A stretch of 64,000 nucleotides of DNA from the NCBI GenBank assembly GCA_029252685.1, contig JAQXAY010000148.1, positions 2,266 through 66,265 on the forward strand, read 5' to 3'. Every line of letters begins with the position of its first letter. The first letter of the stretch is position 1. Made by a program: the position numbers and the translations under genes. The DNA is from Saprospiraceae bacterium (GTDB lineage Bacteria > Bacteroidota > Bacteroidia > Chitinophagales > Saprospiraceae). Below, one piece after another: positions 40,090-49,742 of the stretch. Below the pieces are notes generated by a model. It searched no databases. It had not been told where the DNA came from and saw only the letters and a list, made by a program, of their open reading frames with translations.

Positions 40090-41262
40090 ATGGCAAAGAG
40101 AGATTATTACGATGTATTGGGGGTTGACAAATCAGCAGACGAGTCGGCAATCAAGAAAGCATATAGGAAGAAAGCAATTAAGTTTCACCCCGATAAGAAT
40201 CCTGATAACAAGGAAGCGGAGGAGAGTTTTAAGGAGGCTGCTGAGGCTTATGAAATACTGAGTAATGCAGAGAAAAAGGCTCGTTATGATCGCTATGGTC
40301 ATGCAGGTGTCGATCCAAATGCAGGATTTGGAGGTGCTGGTGGAGCTGGAATGACCATGGATGATATTTTCTCCCATTTCGGAGATATATTCGGCGGTGG
40401 TGGTAGCGGTGGCGGAGATCCATTTTCATCATTCTTTGGCGGCGGCGGTGGTCGTGCTAGAAGCCGTGGTGAGCGAGGAAAGAACCTTCGTATAAAGGTT
40501 AGCCTAAGCCTTGAAGAGATCGCTTCCGGAGTTAAGAAAAAAGTAAAGGTAAAAAAGCATAATGCTTGTACAAGCTGTAACGGATCAGGAGCGAAAGATG
40601 CAAACTCAGTAACTACCTGTACTACTTGTGGTGGTCGAGGTGCTGTCAATCAAATCCGATCGACGATGTTCGGTCAGATGCAGACTACTGTGACTTGTCC
40701 GACCTGTAATGGAAGAGGAGAAATGGTAACAGCAAAATGTGGATCTTGTAGAGGTGAAGGTGTCATTTTTAGCGAAGAGACATTAGAGCTTGATATCCCA
40801 GCTGGTGTTTCAGAGGGTATGCAGATTACTTTTAGAGGTAAAGGTTCTGCAGGAAGATTTGGTGGTCCAAATGGTGATCTTTTAGTCGTAGTGACAGAGA
40901 AGGAACATGAGCATTTTGAAAGAGATGGTCAATCTTTAATCTATGACTTGTATGTAAACTTTGCTGATTTAGCACTTGGCGCATCTATAGAAGTTCCTAC
41001 ACTTGATGGTCGTGTGAAGATTAAAATTCCTGAAGGTACACAAGCAGGTAAGATTTTCCGTTTGAAAGGAAAGGGTCTACCTGAGGTGCAAGCTTATGGA
41101 AGGGGTGATTTTCTGATTCATGTAAATGTTTGGACACCTAAGAAGTTGACTTCAGAGGAGCGCAAAATGCTTCAAACAATGAGGGACTCTGATAACTTTA
41201 ATCCTAATCCGGATAATCAGTCAAAGGGTTTCTTAGGCAGAATGAAGGATATATTCAACTAG
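40090..41262 (+). CDS. dnaJ: Molecular chaperone DnaJ
   Basis: J domain with HPDKN, a G/F-rich linker, four CxxCxGxG zinc-finger repeats and a C-terminal substrate-binding domain. Confidence 0.97.
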   Translation: MAKRDYYDVLGVDKSADESAIKKAYRKKAIKFHPDKNPDNKEAEESFKEAAEAYEILSNAEKKARYDRYGHAGVDPNAGFGGAGGAGMTMDDIFSHFGDIFGGGGSGGGDPFSSFFGGGGGRARSRGERGKNLRIKVSLSLEEIASGVKKKVKVKKHNACTSCNGSGAKDANSVTTCTTCGGRGAVNQIRSTMFGQMQTTVTCPTCNGRGEMVTAKCGSCRGEGVIFSEETLELDIPAGVSEGMQITFRGKGSAGRFGGPNGDLLVVVTEKEHEHFERDGQSLIYDLYVNFADLALGASIEVPTLDGRVKIKIPEGTQAGKIFRLKGKGLPEVQAYGRGDFLIHVNVWTPKKLTSEERKMLQTMRDSDNFNPNPDNQSKGFLGRMKDIFN

Positions 41263-41263
41263 T

Positions 41264-41737
41264 ATGAAGGCAATTAAAAGATTATTTTTTGGTGCTTTTT
41301 GTTTAATGCTTTGTTCCTGTGGTCCGAAAATTATTTTTGAAGAGACAGTAGGTTTTGAAAACGAAGTGTGGACTTATGGTGATTCTCTGAATTTTGAATT
41401 CTCCATACAGGATACCTCTAAGCAATACGATTTGATGGTGGATATCGGCCATAATGCTCGTTTTCCTTACCAGAATTTGTATAGCACTATATCCACTATA
41501 TATCCTGATGCCAAGCGCATGGATCAAGTCTTGTCCTTTGAAATGGCAGAAAAGACAGGTCGTTGGTATGGTAAATGCAAGGCCGAAACTTGCGAGCTTA
41601 CTATTCCATTGCAAACTTCTGTGCGATTTGACCAAGTAGGAGATTATGTAATAGGATTTGAACAGTTTAGTAGGAAGGATAGCCTTTGGGGCTTTAGGGA
41701 TTTTACCCTTAGACTGACAGAAAGCATAGTGAAATAA
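41264..41737 (+). CDS. gldH: Gliding motility lipoprotein GldH
   Basis: 157 aa with lipobox LCSC. The W.Y.D.L.F.F.I.D....YDL...I.H...FPYQNLY pattern matches my memory of GldH. It starts 1 nt after the dnaJ stop. Confidence 0.7.
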   Translation: MKAIKRLFFGAFCLMLCSCGPKIIFEETVGFENEVWTYGDSLNFEFSIQDTSKQYDLMVDIGHNARFPYQNLYSTISTIYPDAKRMDQVLSFEMAEKTGRWYGKCKAETCELTIPLQTSVRFDQVGDYVIGFEQFSRKDSLWGFRDFTLRLTESIVK

Positions 41738-41739
41738 CA

Positions 41740-41773
41740 AAAAGGGCGATTAAATATTAATCGCCCTTTTTTT
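41740..41773 (+). terminator. Intrinsic terminator after gldH
   Basis: Perfect 10-bp stem gggcgattaa/ttaatcgccc with a 3-nt loop, followed by T7. Confidence 0.8.
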
Positions 41774-41910
41774 ATTGGCAAAATGTATTGCAAAATGTAG
41801 ATGTCTTGCTAACAACAGATTGATTTATTGTCAATTATAAGGCAATTTGAAAGACCTGTACTACTTGTTTGGACACTCTTGTCTCTTGACAAACCAAACA
41901 AGAAACCAAA

Positions 41911-44328
41911 ATGAAAAACTACACCTACTTTTTGCTGCTTTTTGGATTCATAATGATTCCTTTTTTTACTGCATCCGCACAGGAAGTGCGTGTGAAAATT
42001 AAATCGGAAGAAACACTTCATAAGGAACACAAGATTAATACCATACAGCCTATTAGTAAGTCTAATCCACTTTTTCCAATATTCCATGATATAGACTTAA
42101 GTTCAAGCAAGGATTTTGACTTGAGCCTTGTGGCCATAGAACAAGGTCAACCAAGTATTCAAGATAAGCTTGAGCTTGATGCCGAGATCGATAAGCTTAG
42201 GTCTAGTAAACTTAATACTAAATTCGATCCATTCAATCTTGTAGAATCAGACGCTGATGGAGGTATAGCCCTTGTCAACGGGTTTGAAGGCAACGCTTAT
42301 AATAGTTGGTATCCTTCTGATAATGCGATGGCAATTTCTAATGATGGATATATTGTTAGTCTTACAAATTCTTCCATTAGTTTTTATAATTCTGGCGGTG
42401 TAGTGTTTTTGAATAGTCAGTCCTTAGGGCAATTTTATAGTTTTCTTGATTTAGGATATTTCTTCTTTGACCCTAGGATTATCTATGACGTAGAGGCGGA
42501 CAGATTTATTATTGTATGTCTATATTCTAATTCACCACAATCAAACAGGGTTGTTGTTTCTGTCTCAGCATCTGGCAATCCATTGGACGGTTGGAACACA
42601 ACCACAATCCTCGCATCAGATATAGAGGCGGATGCCTGGTTTGACTATCCTAACGTTGGGATTTCTGCAGAGGATATTTTTATAAGTGGAAACATGTTCA
42701 CGAGTAGTGCTCAGTTTACACAATCTGTAGTAATTCAGTTGGATAAGACTGCACTTTATGCTGGTGAAGAAGCTTCTTGGGAGATATTTGAAAATATTTC
42801 AGATGGCATGGGAGTTGGATCTTTTACTATAAAGCCAATGTCTTCGGGAGTAGCGGAAAATTATAGTTCAGGTTTATATTTGATAAGTACAAGTTCCGCT
42901 GGAGGAAATTCATTCTTGTTGTATAGGATTACGGACCAGCTTTCGGCCGAGCAAGTATTGGAAGTGTTTTCTATACCTACAATGAGTTATGCTGCTCCAG
43001 TAGAGGCTTCTCAGAATGGATCAGATAAGAAATTATTTACTGGTGGAGTTCGACTTAGGGATGGGTTTTATGCCGACGGGAAACTACATTTTGTGCATGC
43101 CACTGATTTTGGAAACGGCTATGCAGGAATTCGATATACTAAGTTCGATCTCAATGACTATGAAAGTTACTCAATTGATTATGGACTACTAGGTTTTGAT
43201 TATGCTTATCCGTCTATCTCAGCCTTTGAAACAGAAAACAATCAATTTTCAGTCTTGATATCCTGTCTACGTTCTGGGCAATCTCTGTATCCAGAAATCA
43301 GAGCTTTTAAGATAGATAAGTATATGAATTCCACAAATTCAATTCTTATAAAAAGTGGTGAATCACCAATATCAATATCTAATAATTTGAATCAGCGGTG
43401 GGGTGATTATACATCTACTGTAATGCAATTTGATACCGATGAACCTACGGTTTGGGTTTTTGGATGCTATGGTAAAAATATGAAGTTTGGAAATTTTATT
43501 GGGGAGGTGAGTTTAGGAAATAATGGCAATGCTCCTCTGTCGGATTTTATTGCAAGCAATACATTTGGTGTAGGTCCTTTGTCGGTTAGTTTCTCGGATG
43601 AACCTTCATCTGCTGTTGAAAATAGATACTGGTCCTTTCCCAACGGAAATCCATCTTTTTCTACTGATCCCAATCCCGTCGTAGAGTATTTGAGCCCGGG
43701 GAATTATAATGTCACACTATCTGTATCAAATGCTTTTGGAACTCATCAGGTTACAAAATATGATTTTGTACAAGTTGGGGTTTTGCCAGAAGCTGATATT
43801 CAGGTAACAAGCCCAAGTGTTACAGTAGATGAAAATGTTATTTTTCAAGGTGTGAGTCTTTCCGAGGTTGACTATTGGGAATGGATTATTGAAGGTGCTG
43901 ATGAGCAATACCACAACATCCAAAACCCGGTCGTTGTATTTAAAGAACCGGGTATGTATTCAGTCGAATTGAATGTGTCAAATGCTTTTGGAGCGTCACA
44001 GGTTTTCAAAGAGGACTTTATTGCAGTTAGTACGCTGAGTAGTTTGAATAAAGTCTCAGACTTGGCAAGCTTGTCGGTCTATCCGAATCCTGCTGTACAT
44101 TCTTTTAGTGCCGATATGCAACTGAAGGAGCGTTTGGAGCTTACTATTGTGTTAGTGGATGCATCAGGTAAATTAGTTCGAAATTTTTTCTCGGGATTTC
44201 TTAAGCCTGGTGTCCAAAGACTTACTTTCAATACTGATGTATTATCGAAGGGAGTTTATTATCTTGTGATCAAAGAATATTCAGGAAAATTACTATCGAA
44301 TGAAAAAATCATTATTCAGGGTCCTTAG
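41911..44328 (+). CDS. T9SS-secreted protein: unknown ~540-aa N-terminal domain, two PKD domains, CTD
   Basis: 805 aa with a signal peptide and two PKD-like repeats (GPLSVSFSD...YNVTLSVSNAFG and the SVELNVSNAFG copy). The CTD is SVYPNPAVHSF...GVYYLVIKE. Confidence 0.8.
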   Translation: MKNYTYFLLLFGFIMIPFFTASAQEVRVKIKSEETLHKEHKINTIQPISKSNPLFPIFHDIDLSSSKDFDLSLVAIEQGQPSIQDKLELDAEIDKLRSSKLNTKFDPFNLVESDADGGIALVNGFEGNAYNSWYPSDNAMAISNDGYIVSLTNSSISFYNSGGVVFLNSQSLGQFYSFLDLGYFFFDPRIIYDVEADRFIIVCLYSNSPQSNRVVVSVSASGNPLDGWNTTTILASDIEADAWFDYPNVGISAEDIFISGNMFTSSAQFTQSVVIQLDKTALYAGEEASWEIFENISDGMGVGSFTIKPMSSGVAENYSSGLYLISTSSAGGNSFLLYRITDQLSAEQVLEVFSIPTMSYAAPVEASQNGSDKKLFTGGVRLRDGFYADGKLHFVHATDFGNGYAGIRYTKFDLNDYESYSIDYGLLGFDYAYPSISAFETENNQFSVLISCLRSGQSLYPEIRAFKIDKYMNSTNSILIKSGESPISISNNLNQRWGDYTSTVMQFDTDEPTVWVFGCYGKNMKFGNFIGEVSLGNNGNAPLSDFIASNTFGVGPLSVSFSDEPSSAVENRYWSFPNGNPSFSTDPNPVVEYLSPGNYNVTLSVSNAFGTHQVTKYDFVQVGVLPEADIQVTSPSVTVDENVIFQGVSLSEVDYWEWIIEGADEQYHNIQNPVVVFKEPGMYSVELNVSNAFGASQVFKEDFIAVSTLSSLNKVSDLASLSVYPNPAVHSFSADMQLKERLELTIVLVDASGKLVRNFFSGFLKPGVQRLTFNTDVLSKGVYYLVIKEYSGKLLSNEKIIIQGP

Positions 44329-44533
44329 TTTTTTTGTAGTTTTAAGTATGATTTCCTGTGGCTCAAGTCGGAATGCACTTGAGATTGATTCGGGCTATAC
44401 AGAAGAGCTACCTGATCCAGCATTGAATGATACTGATCCAAGGAGGAATTCTCAATTATCAGGGAAAAAAGGATTTGAGGGATTGAATAAAGGCTCAAAG
44501 ATCTCCAAGAAAAAGAAATCAGGTAATTCTTAA
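44300..44533 (+). CDS. Small basic-tailed lipoprotein (hypothetical)
   Basis: 77 aa with a good signal/lipobox (VVLSMISC). Overlaps the upstream gene by 29 nt and is followed by a terminator. Confidence 0.4.
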   Translation: MKKSLFRVLSFFVVLSMISCGSSRNALEIDSGYTEELPDPALNDTDPRRNSQLSGKKGFEGLNKGSKISKKKKSGNS

Positions 44534-44562
44534 GTGCTTTGAAAAAAGATAATTATTTAAAT

Positions 44563-44600
44563 AAATTAGCCATTCTATTCAGAATGGCTAATTTAATTTT
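44563..44600 (+). terminator. Intrinsic terminator
   Basis: 14-bp perfect stem aaattagccattct/agaatggctaattt with a 4-nt loop and a T-rich tail. Confidence 0.6.
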
Positions 44601-44614
44601 TACAAAAAAGTTGT

Positions 44615-45640
44615 ATGACAAGTATAAGCAGAGAAGTATACAGAATTAATCCAGGGTCTATGAAGAGCTTGCGAATTACCAAGGAGACGCTTGAGGAGCC
44701 AGGGCTGGGTGAGGTAAGGGTTAGTGTGAAAGCAATAGGATTGAATTTTGCTGATGTCTTTTCTGTTTGGAAGTTGTATTCCGCTATTCCTAAAGGAGCC
44801 TTTATTCCTGGGCTTGAATATTCTGGCATTGTTGAATCAGTTGGTACAGGCACTTCTCAATTTAAGCCGGGAGATCGTGTGATGGGAATCTGTAGGTTTG
44901 GAGCTTATTCAAGTCATCTGAATATTGATGAAAGATATTTGGTAGCACTAGCAGACACATGGACTTATTCAGAAGGTGCAGCTTATCTTGTTCAGTCTTT
45001 GACTGCCTACTATGCTTTGTTGGACTTAGGCGGTCTAAAAGAGGGTATGAATGTACTTGTCCACTCCGCTGCTGGCGGTGTAGGTACTTATGCAAATCGT
45101 ATTGCCAAGAAGTTTGGGGCACATACCATAGGTACAGTTGGTAGTGAATCAAAGGTGGAATATTGTAAAAAGGAAGGATACGATCAGGTAATTGTTAGAG
45201 ATAATAAAAACTTCGGACCTCAGCTAAAAGATGCTCTTGGCGATCGTCCACTAAATCTAATCCTTGAATGCATTGGTGGGCCTGTTCTTAAGGACGGTTA
45301 TCAGTCACTTGCAGAACAGGGAAGAATGGTAGTTTATGGATCTGCCTACTACGCGAGTGACCGCGATAAGCCTCGTTTTATTGATCTATTTCTAAAATAT
45401 AAGCGTAGGCCAATGATAGATCCTCAACAGATGATTCAATATAATAAAGGAATCTTAGGCTTCAACTTGATTTACCTTTATGAGCGTGCAGATTTGATGC
45501 ATAAACTATTGGAAGAATTGGCTGTGCTTGAGCTTGAGAAGCCTACTGTAGGAGAGACATTTTCATTTGATAAATTACCCGACGCTCTAAGGTTATTCCG
45601 AACGGGGAAGACCATTGGAAAAGTTGTTGTAACGGTATAA
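44615..45640 (+). CDS. Zinc-type/MDR-family NAD(P)H quinone oxidoreductase-like dehydrogenase
   Basis: 341 aa with the MDR fold (GLNFADV, PGLEYSGIV) and a Rossmann motif VHSAAGGVG. Confidence 0.85.
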   Translation: MTSISREVYRINPGSMKSLRITKETLEEPGLGEVRVSVKAIGLNFADVFSVWKLYSAIPKGAFIPGLEYSGIVESVGTGTSQFKPGDRVMGICRFGAYSSHLNIDERYLVALADTWTYSEGAAYLVQSLTAYYALLDLGGLKEGMNVLVHSAAGGVGTYANRIAKKFGAHTIGTVGSESKVEYCKKEGYDQVIVRDNKNFGPQLKDALGDRPLNLILECIGGPVLKDGYQSLAEQGRMVVYGSAYYASDRDKPRFIDLFLKYKRRPMIDPQQMIQYNKGILGFNLIYLYERADLMHKLLEELAVLELEKPTVGETFSFDKLPDALRLFRTGKTIGKVVVTV

Positions 45641-45670
45641 AAAAAGGATGCTCTCGAGCATCCTTTTTTT
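45641..45670. terminator. Bidirectional intrinsic terminator between the oxidoreductase gene and carB
   Basis: A-run, stem aaggatgct/agcatcctt around a ctcgag centre, then a T7 run. It fills the gap between the convergent stops. Confidence 0.8.
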
Positions 45671-45673
45671 ATT

Positions 45674-48493
45674 TTATCTACTTAAATACATATTTCGTTT
45701 ACTATCCAAATCTCTAAAGAAAGGATCAGTAAGGTCTTTTATGAATCGAATTGCTTCACCTGTGGATTTCATTTCAGGCCCTAGATTTTTATCAACATTC
45801 GGGAATTTATCGAATGAAAATACAGGAACTTTAATTGCGTATCCCTGTGGTTTAGGCGTGATCGTGAAATCTTTCAATGTATTGGCACCCATCATAACTT
45901 TTGTAGCAATATTCAAGTATGGAACTTGATATGCTTTTGCTATAAATGGCGTTGTTCTAGACGCTCTTGGATTTGCTTCAATTACAAATACTTTCTCACC
46001 CTTTATGGCGAATTGTATATTAATCAAGCCTTTGATCTGAAGCGATAAAGCTAGTTTTTTAGCATACTCAACCATTTGATTAATTACATCAACACTTAAG
46101 CTGTATGTAGGTAGCACAGCGGAACTATCGCCAGAGTGCACACCTGCAGGTTCAATATGCTCCATGATACCCATGATATGCACATCTTCACCATCACAGA
46201 TTGCATCAATCTCTGCTTCTTTAGCTCTATCAAGGAATTGATCAATTAGAATCTTGTTACCAGGTAGTTGCTTGTAAATGGAAAGAACATGTCTCTCTAG
46301 TTCCTCGTCATTGATCACAATACGCATACTCTGACCACCTAATACGTAAGAAGGTCTTACGAGTACAGGATAGCTGACCTTGTTTGCGATTTCAATTGCT
46401 TGGTCAACATCAATGGCAGCGCCATAGTCTGGATAAGGTATTTCTAATTCTTTCAGAAGGTCAGAGAATGCACCTCTATCCTCTGCAAGATCCATAGACT
46501 CAAAACTAGTACCAATAATATTTATTCCCTTATCTCTAAGTGTTTCTGCTAGTTTCAATGCTGTTTGCCCACCAAGCTGTACAATAACGCCCTCCGGTTT
46601 TTCAAGTGCTATGATTTCCTCTAGGTGTTCCCAAAATATAGGCTCAAAGTAGAGTTTGTCTGCAATATCAAAATCGGTTGATACAGTCTCAGGATTACAA
46701 TTGATCATGATGGCCTCGTATCCTGCTTCTTTAATCGCTTTAATACCGTGTACACAGCAATAGTCAAACTCGATTCCCTGTCCAATTCTATTTGGCCCTG
46801 AACCAAGTACTATGATTTTCTTCTTATCTGAAGGTATACTTTCGTTCTCCGTGTCAAACGTTGAATAGAAGTATGGTGTTTGAGCTGCAAATTCCGCCGC
46901 ACAGGTATCCACCATTTTATATGTTCTTCTAATATCAAGTGCTAGACGACGATTGGTAATATGGTGTTCATCAATTCGCATCTTCCATGCGATTTGTTTA
47001 TCTGAGTACCCCGCTTTTTTAAGCTCTATTAAAAAGTCTTTATCTAGATCTTCAGGAACGTTATATCTGGAAATCTTTGCTTCAAGGTCAACCAAATCTT
47101 TGATTTGTCTGATGAACCAAGGATCTATTTTTGTTAATTTGTGTATCGTCTTAGACGGTACTCCTAGTCTAAGTGCATCCTTTACTCTGAAGATCCTATC
47201 ATCTGAAGGTTTTTCTAATCTAGTTAGAATTTCTTCAGTTTTGATCCATTCTTTTTGATCTGTTCCTAAGCCTGCTCGATTATTTTCTAAGGATTGACAA
47301 GCTTTCTGCAAAGCTTCTTTGAAGCTACGTCCAATAGCCATCACCTCTCCTACTGATTTCATCTGAAGACCAAGTGTATGATCAGAACCATAGAACTTAC
47401 TGAAGTTCCATCTAGGCATCTTCACGATAACATAATCTAGTGTAGGTTCAAAGAAAGCAGAAGTATTTCCAGTAATCTGGTTGTCCAACTCATCAAGTGT
47501 ATACCCAATGGCTAGTTTAGCAGCGATCTTTGCGATTGGATATCCAGTAGCTTTAGAAGCAAGTGCAGAAGATCTTGAAACTCTTGGGTTGATCTCAATT
47601 ACAATAAGCTCTTCCGTTTCAGGATTGATAGAGAATTGAATATTACATCCACCTGCAAAGTTACCTAGTGAGCGCATAGATTGTATGGCCTCATTACGCA
47701 TCCTTTGATAGGCAGAATCTGATAGAGTCATCGCAGGTGCAACAGTTATACTGTCTCCTGTATGAATCCCCATTGGATCAAGGTTCTCTACTGTACAGAT
47801 GATAACTACATTATCATTGGAGTCTCTTAGAAGTTCAAGTTCATATTCTTTCCATCCCAATACTGCCTTTTCAACCAATACTTCGTGGGTAGGAGACATA
47901 TTTAAACCATGTCTAAGCGCATTGTCAAATTCTTCGGCTTTGTGAACAAATCCACCACCAGAACCTCCAAGAGTATAGGATGGTCTTATCACAAGTGGGA
48001 AACCAATCTCCTGTGCTGCTTCTTTCCCTTCCAAGAAAGAATTGGCAATTTTAGAAGGTGCTACCGATAAGCCTATATCAATGATGTGGTTTCTGAAAGC
48101 CTCTCTGTTTTCAGTGAGTTCGATCGCATCTAGATCAACACCAATAAGTTTGATGTTGTATTTTTCCCAGATACCTCTTTCACCAGCTTCGATAGCTAAA
48201 TTTAGAGCGGTCTGCCCTCCCATTGTTGGCAGGACTGAATCGATATCAGGCTGCTCAATAAGGATTTCCTCAATACTCTCAACTGTGAGAGGTTTTAAGT
48301 AAATCTTATCTGCTGTCATTGGATCAGTCATGATGGTTGCAGGGTTTGAGTTTATCAAACTCACTTTTATACCTTCTTCCATCAAAGAACGAGAAGCTTG
48401 TGTACCTGAATAATCAAATTCACAGGCTTGGCCAATGATTATTGGACCACTGCCAATTATAAGAACGGAACGGATACTATTATCTTTGGGCAT
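45674..48493 (-). CDS. carB: Carbamoyl-phosphate synthase large subunit (short form, no allosteric domain)
   Basis: 939 aa with two ATP-grasp synthetase halves and an oligomerisation domain. The protein ends about 25 aa after the second GPEMKSTGE motif. Confidence 0.95.
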   Translation of the reverse strand: MPKDNSIRSVLIIGSGPIIIGQACEFDYSGTQASRSLMEEGIKVSLINSNPATIMTDPMTADKIYLKPLTVESIEEILIEQPDIDSVLPTMGGQTALNLAIEAGERGIWEKYNIKLIGVDLDAIELTENREAFRNHIIDIGLSVAPSKIANSFLEGKEAAQEIGFPLVIRPSYTLGGSGGGFVHKAEEFDNALRHGLNMSPTHEVLVEKAVLGWKEYELELLRDSNDNVVIICTVENLDPMGIHTGDSITVAPAMTLSDSAYQRMRNEAIQSMRSLGNFAGGCNIQFSINPETEELIVIEINPRVSRSSALASKATGYPIAKIAAKLAIGYTLDELDNQITGNTSAFFEPTLDYVIVKMPRWNFSKFYGSDHTLGLQMKSVGEVMAIGRSFKEALQKACQSLENNRAGLGTDQKEWIKTEEILTRLEKPSDDRIFRVKDALRLGVPSKTIHKLTKIDPWFIRQIKDLVDLEAKISRYNVPEDLDKDFLIELKKAGYSDKQIAWKMRIDEHHITNRRLALDIRRTYKMVDTCAAEFAAQTPYFYSTFDTENESIPSDKKKIIVLGSGPNRIGQGIEFDYCCVHGIKAIKEAGYEAIMINCNPETVSTDFDIADKLYFEPIFWEHLEEIIALEKPEGVIVQLGGQTALKLAETLRDKGINIIGTSFESMDLAEDRGAFSDLLKELEIPYPDYGAAIDVDQAIEIANKVSYPVLVRPSYVLGGQSMRIVINDEELERHVLSIYKQLPGNKILIDQFLDRAKEAEIDAICDGEDVHIMGIMEHIEPAGVHSGDSSAVLPTYSLSVDVINQMVEYAKKLALSLQIKGLINIQFAIKGEKVFVIEANPRASRTTPFIAKAYQVPYLNIATKVMMGANTLKDFTITPKPQGYAIKVPVFSFDKFPNVDKNLGPEMKSTGEAIRFIKDLTDPFFRDLDSKRNMYLSR

Positions 48494-48525
48494 TTTTTAA
48501 GAGCTTAGCTAAGAATAAATTTTCG

Positions 48526-48533
48526 CAAAAATA
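48526..48533 (-). promoter_or_regulatory. Candidate -7 promoter box (TAnnTTTG) for carB
   Basis: The minus strand reads TATTTTTG, about 32 nt upstream of the carB ATG. Confidence 0.3.
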
Positions 48534-48642
48534 TTTGTTGTTGGCTTAATTTCCTAATCTTCAGCAAATATAACTAATGAATTAAAGTGAAAAACTTTTA
48601 AATCGTTCCTTTTTCATTGGAAATAAAGATTCTCTGGAGTCT

Positions 48643-49326
48643 TTAATTTATAATAGTTTGTTTGTCAGTGCTGTAGAATTCGTAGGCATTATGCAATAAA
48701 ATATTCGGTCCTTCTTGAATTGACTCACTTCTTTTTACAAAATAGTACGTCCATTTTCCTTCTGATAAATCTTGTTTTACAAGATCAACTTGGAAGAGTG
48801 AATCTTGTGGGCCGATTATACTAATGACTTTAGTCTCTCCTTTTTCATTGTTAAGAAGAATATTTATTTTTTCATTGATCTTTAGTTGTTCTTTAGAAAA
48901 ATCCAGCTCAAAACCATCTTCGAGGCTGACTTGCTCGTCAAGCGTGTAGCTTTTTATGCCAGACATCGTAATGGTATTCTTCAAATTCTGACCACTTAAG
49001 TCTTTGAATTCAAATTCCACTAAATTTCTAAATGACCTTTCCTGTTCAATTTGGTATCTGTGTAGTTTATCTGAGATCCATTTGCTGTTCATTTTGTCTT
49101 TTCCTTGATTAATACCATCGGACAATACAAAAGGAGTTTTATTTTTTGAGGTGTCCACAAGGAAAAGGTGCGCCTCTATTCGTTCGACACTTCCTTTTTC
49201 AAGGTATCTAACATAAAAATTTCCGCTAAGGACCTCTTGAGTATCAGTATCCTTCTTGTTACAAGACAAGAGAAAACCTAAAGTAAATAATGAAATTGCA
49301 ATTGAAATGTAAAAAGATGACCTCAT
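48643..49326 (-). CDS. Hypothetical lipoprotein
   Basis: 227 aa with signal/lipobox (GFLLSC). No recognisable family. Confidence 0.5.
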   Translation of the reverse strand: MRSSFYISIAISLFTLGFLLSCNKKDTDTQEVLSGNFYVRYLEKGSVERIEAHLFLVDTSKNKTPFVLSDGINQGKDKMNSKWISDKLHRYQIEQERSFRNLVEFEFKDLSGQNLKNTITMSGIKSYTLDEQVSLEDGFELDFSKEQLKINEKINILLNNEKGETKVISIIGPQDSLFQVDLVKQDLSEGKWTYYFVKRSESIQEGPNILLHNAYEFYSTDKQTIIN

Positions 49327-49742
49327 TAGAATCTATTTATTAGTATACGGGGATGTGATAAATTTGAGTAGCAAGGTAATAAATGGAAAAGGTATTTGTG
49401 CACTCTATTGGTTAATCTTCATTAAAATCCATCCGGTTTTGTGTTTTTTACTTTGTTTAAACCATTGTTAAATAGGTATGTGTGTTGCTTTTAATTTGTT
49501 TAGAAGCCTTGATTTTAGATGGATTATGTTTATTATTTTAACCATTAAGACCTATTTTGCAATTGGTTTATAGGAGTGTTGTCGAGATAATATATCAAAA
49601 AAGACATTATATCCGAAAGATTTTTTTGAGCATAACTTTCTTCCAAGACCTTAATATACTTTGTAAAGCGGAGGCATTTGGTTAATATTGTGTGAATAAA
49701 AAAACTCGAATTAGATTATTGTAACTAATTAAAAAAGACTGT

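Noticed and set aside
40299-40649. 116-aa proline/alanine-rich ORF antisense to dnaJ
   Set aside because: It lies opposite the Gly/Phe-rich linker of DnaJ. GGN glycine codons read as NCC (Pro/Ala/Ser/Thr) on the other strand and contain no stops. This is a classic artefact.
41303-41740. 145-aa antisense ORF almost exactly co-extensive with gldH
   Set aside because: Its codons are the exact reverse complements of the gldH codons, so it stays open simply because gldH happens to lack TTA, CTA and TCA codons. The sense frame has a lipobox and a GldH-like sequence, while the antisense product has no features. Antisense ORFs of 104-120 aa also occur inside mreB, dnaJ, the acyl-CoA synthetase gene and the giant gene, so this looks like the tail of a chance distribution.
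45648-45929. 93-aa plus-strand ORF after the oxidoreductase gene
   Set aside because: It starts inside the bidirectional terminator and runs antisense through the 3' end of carB. It has no features.
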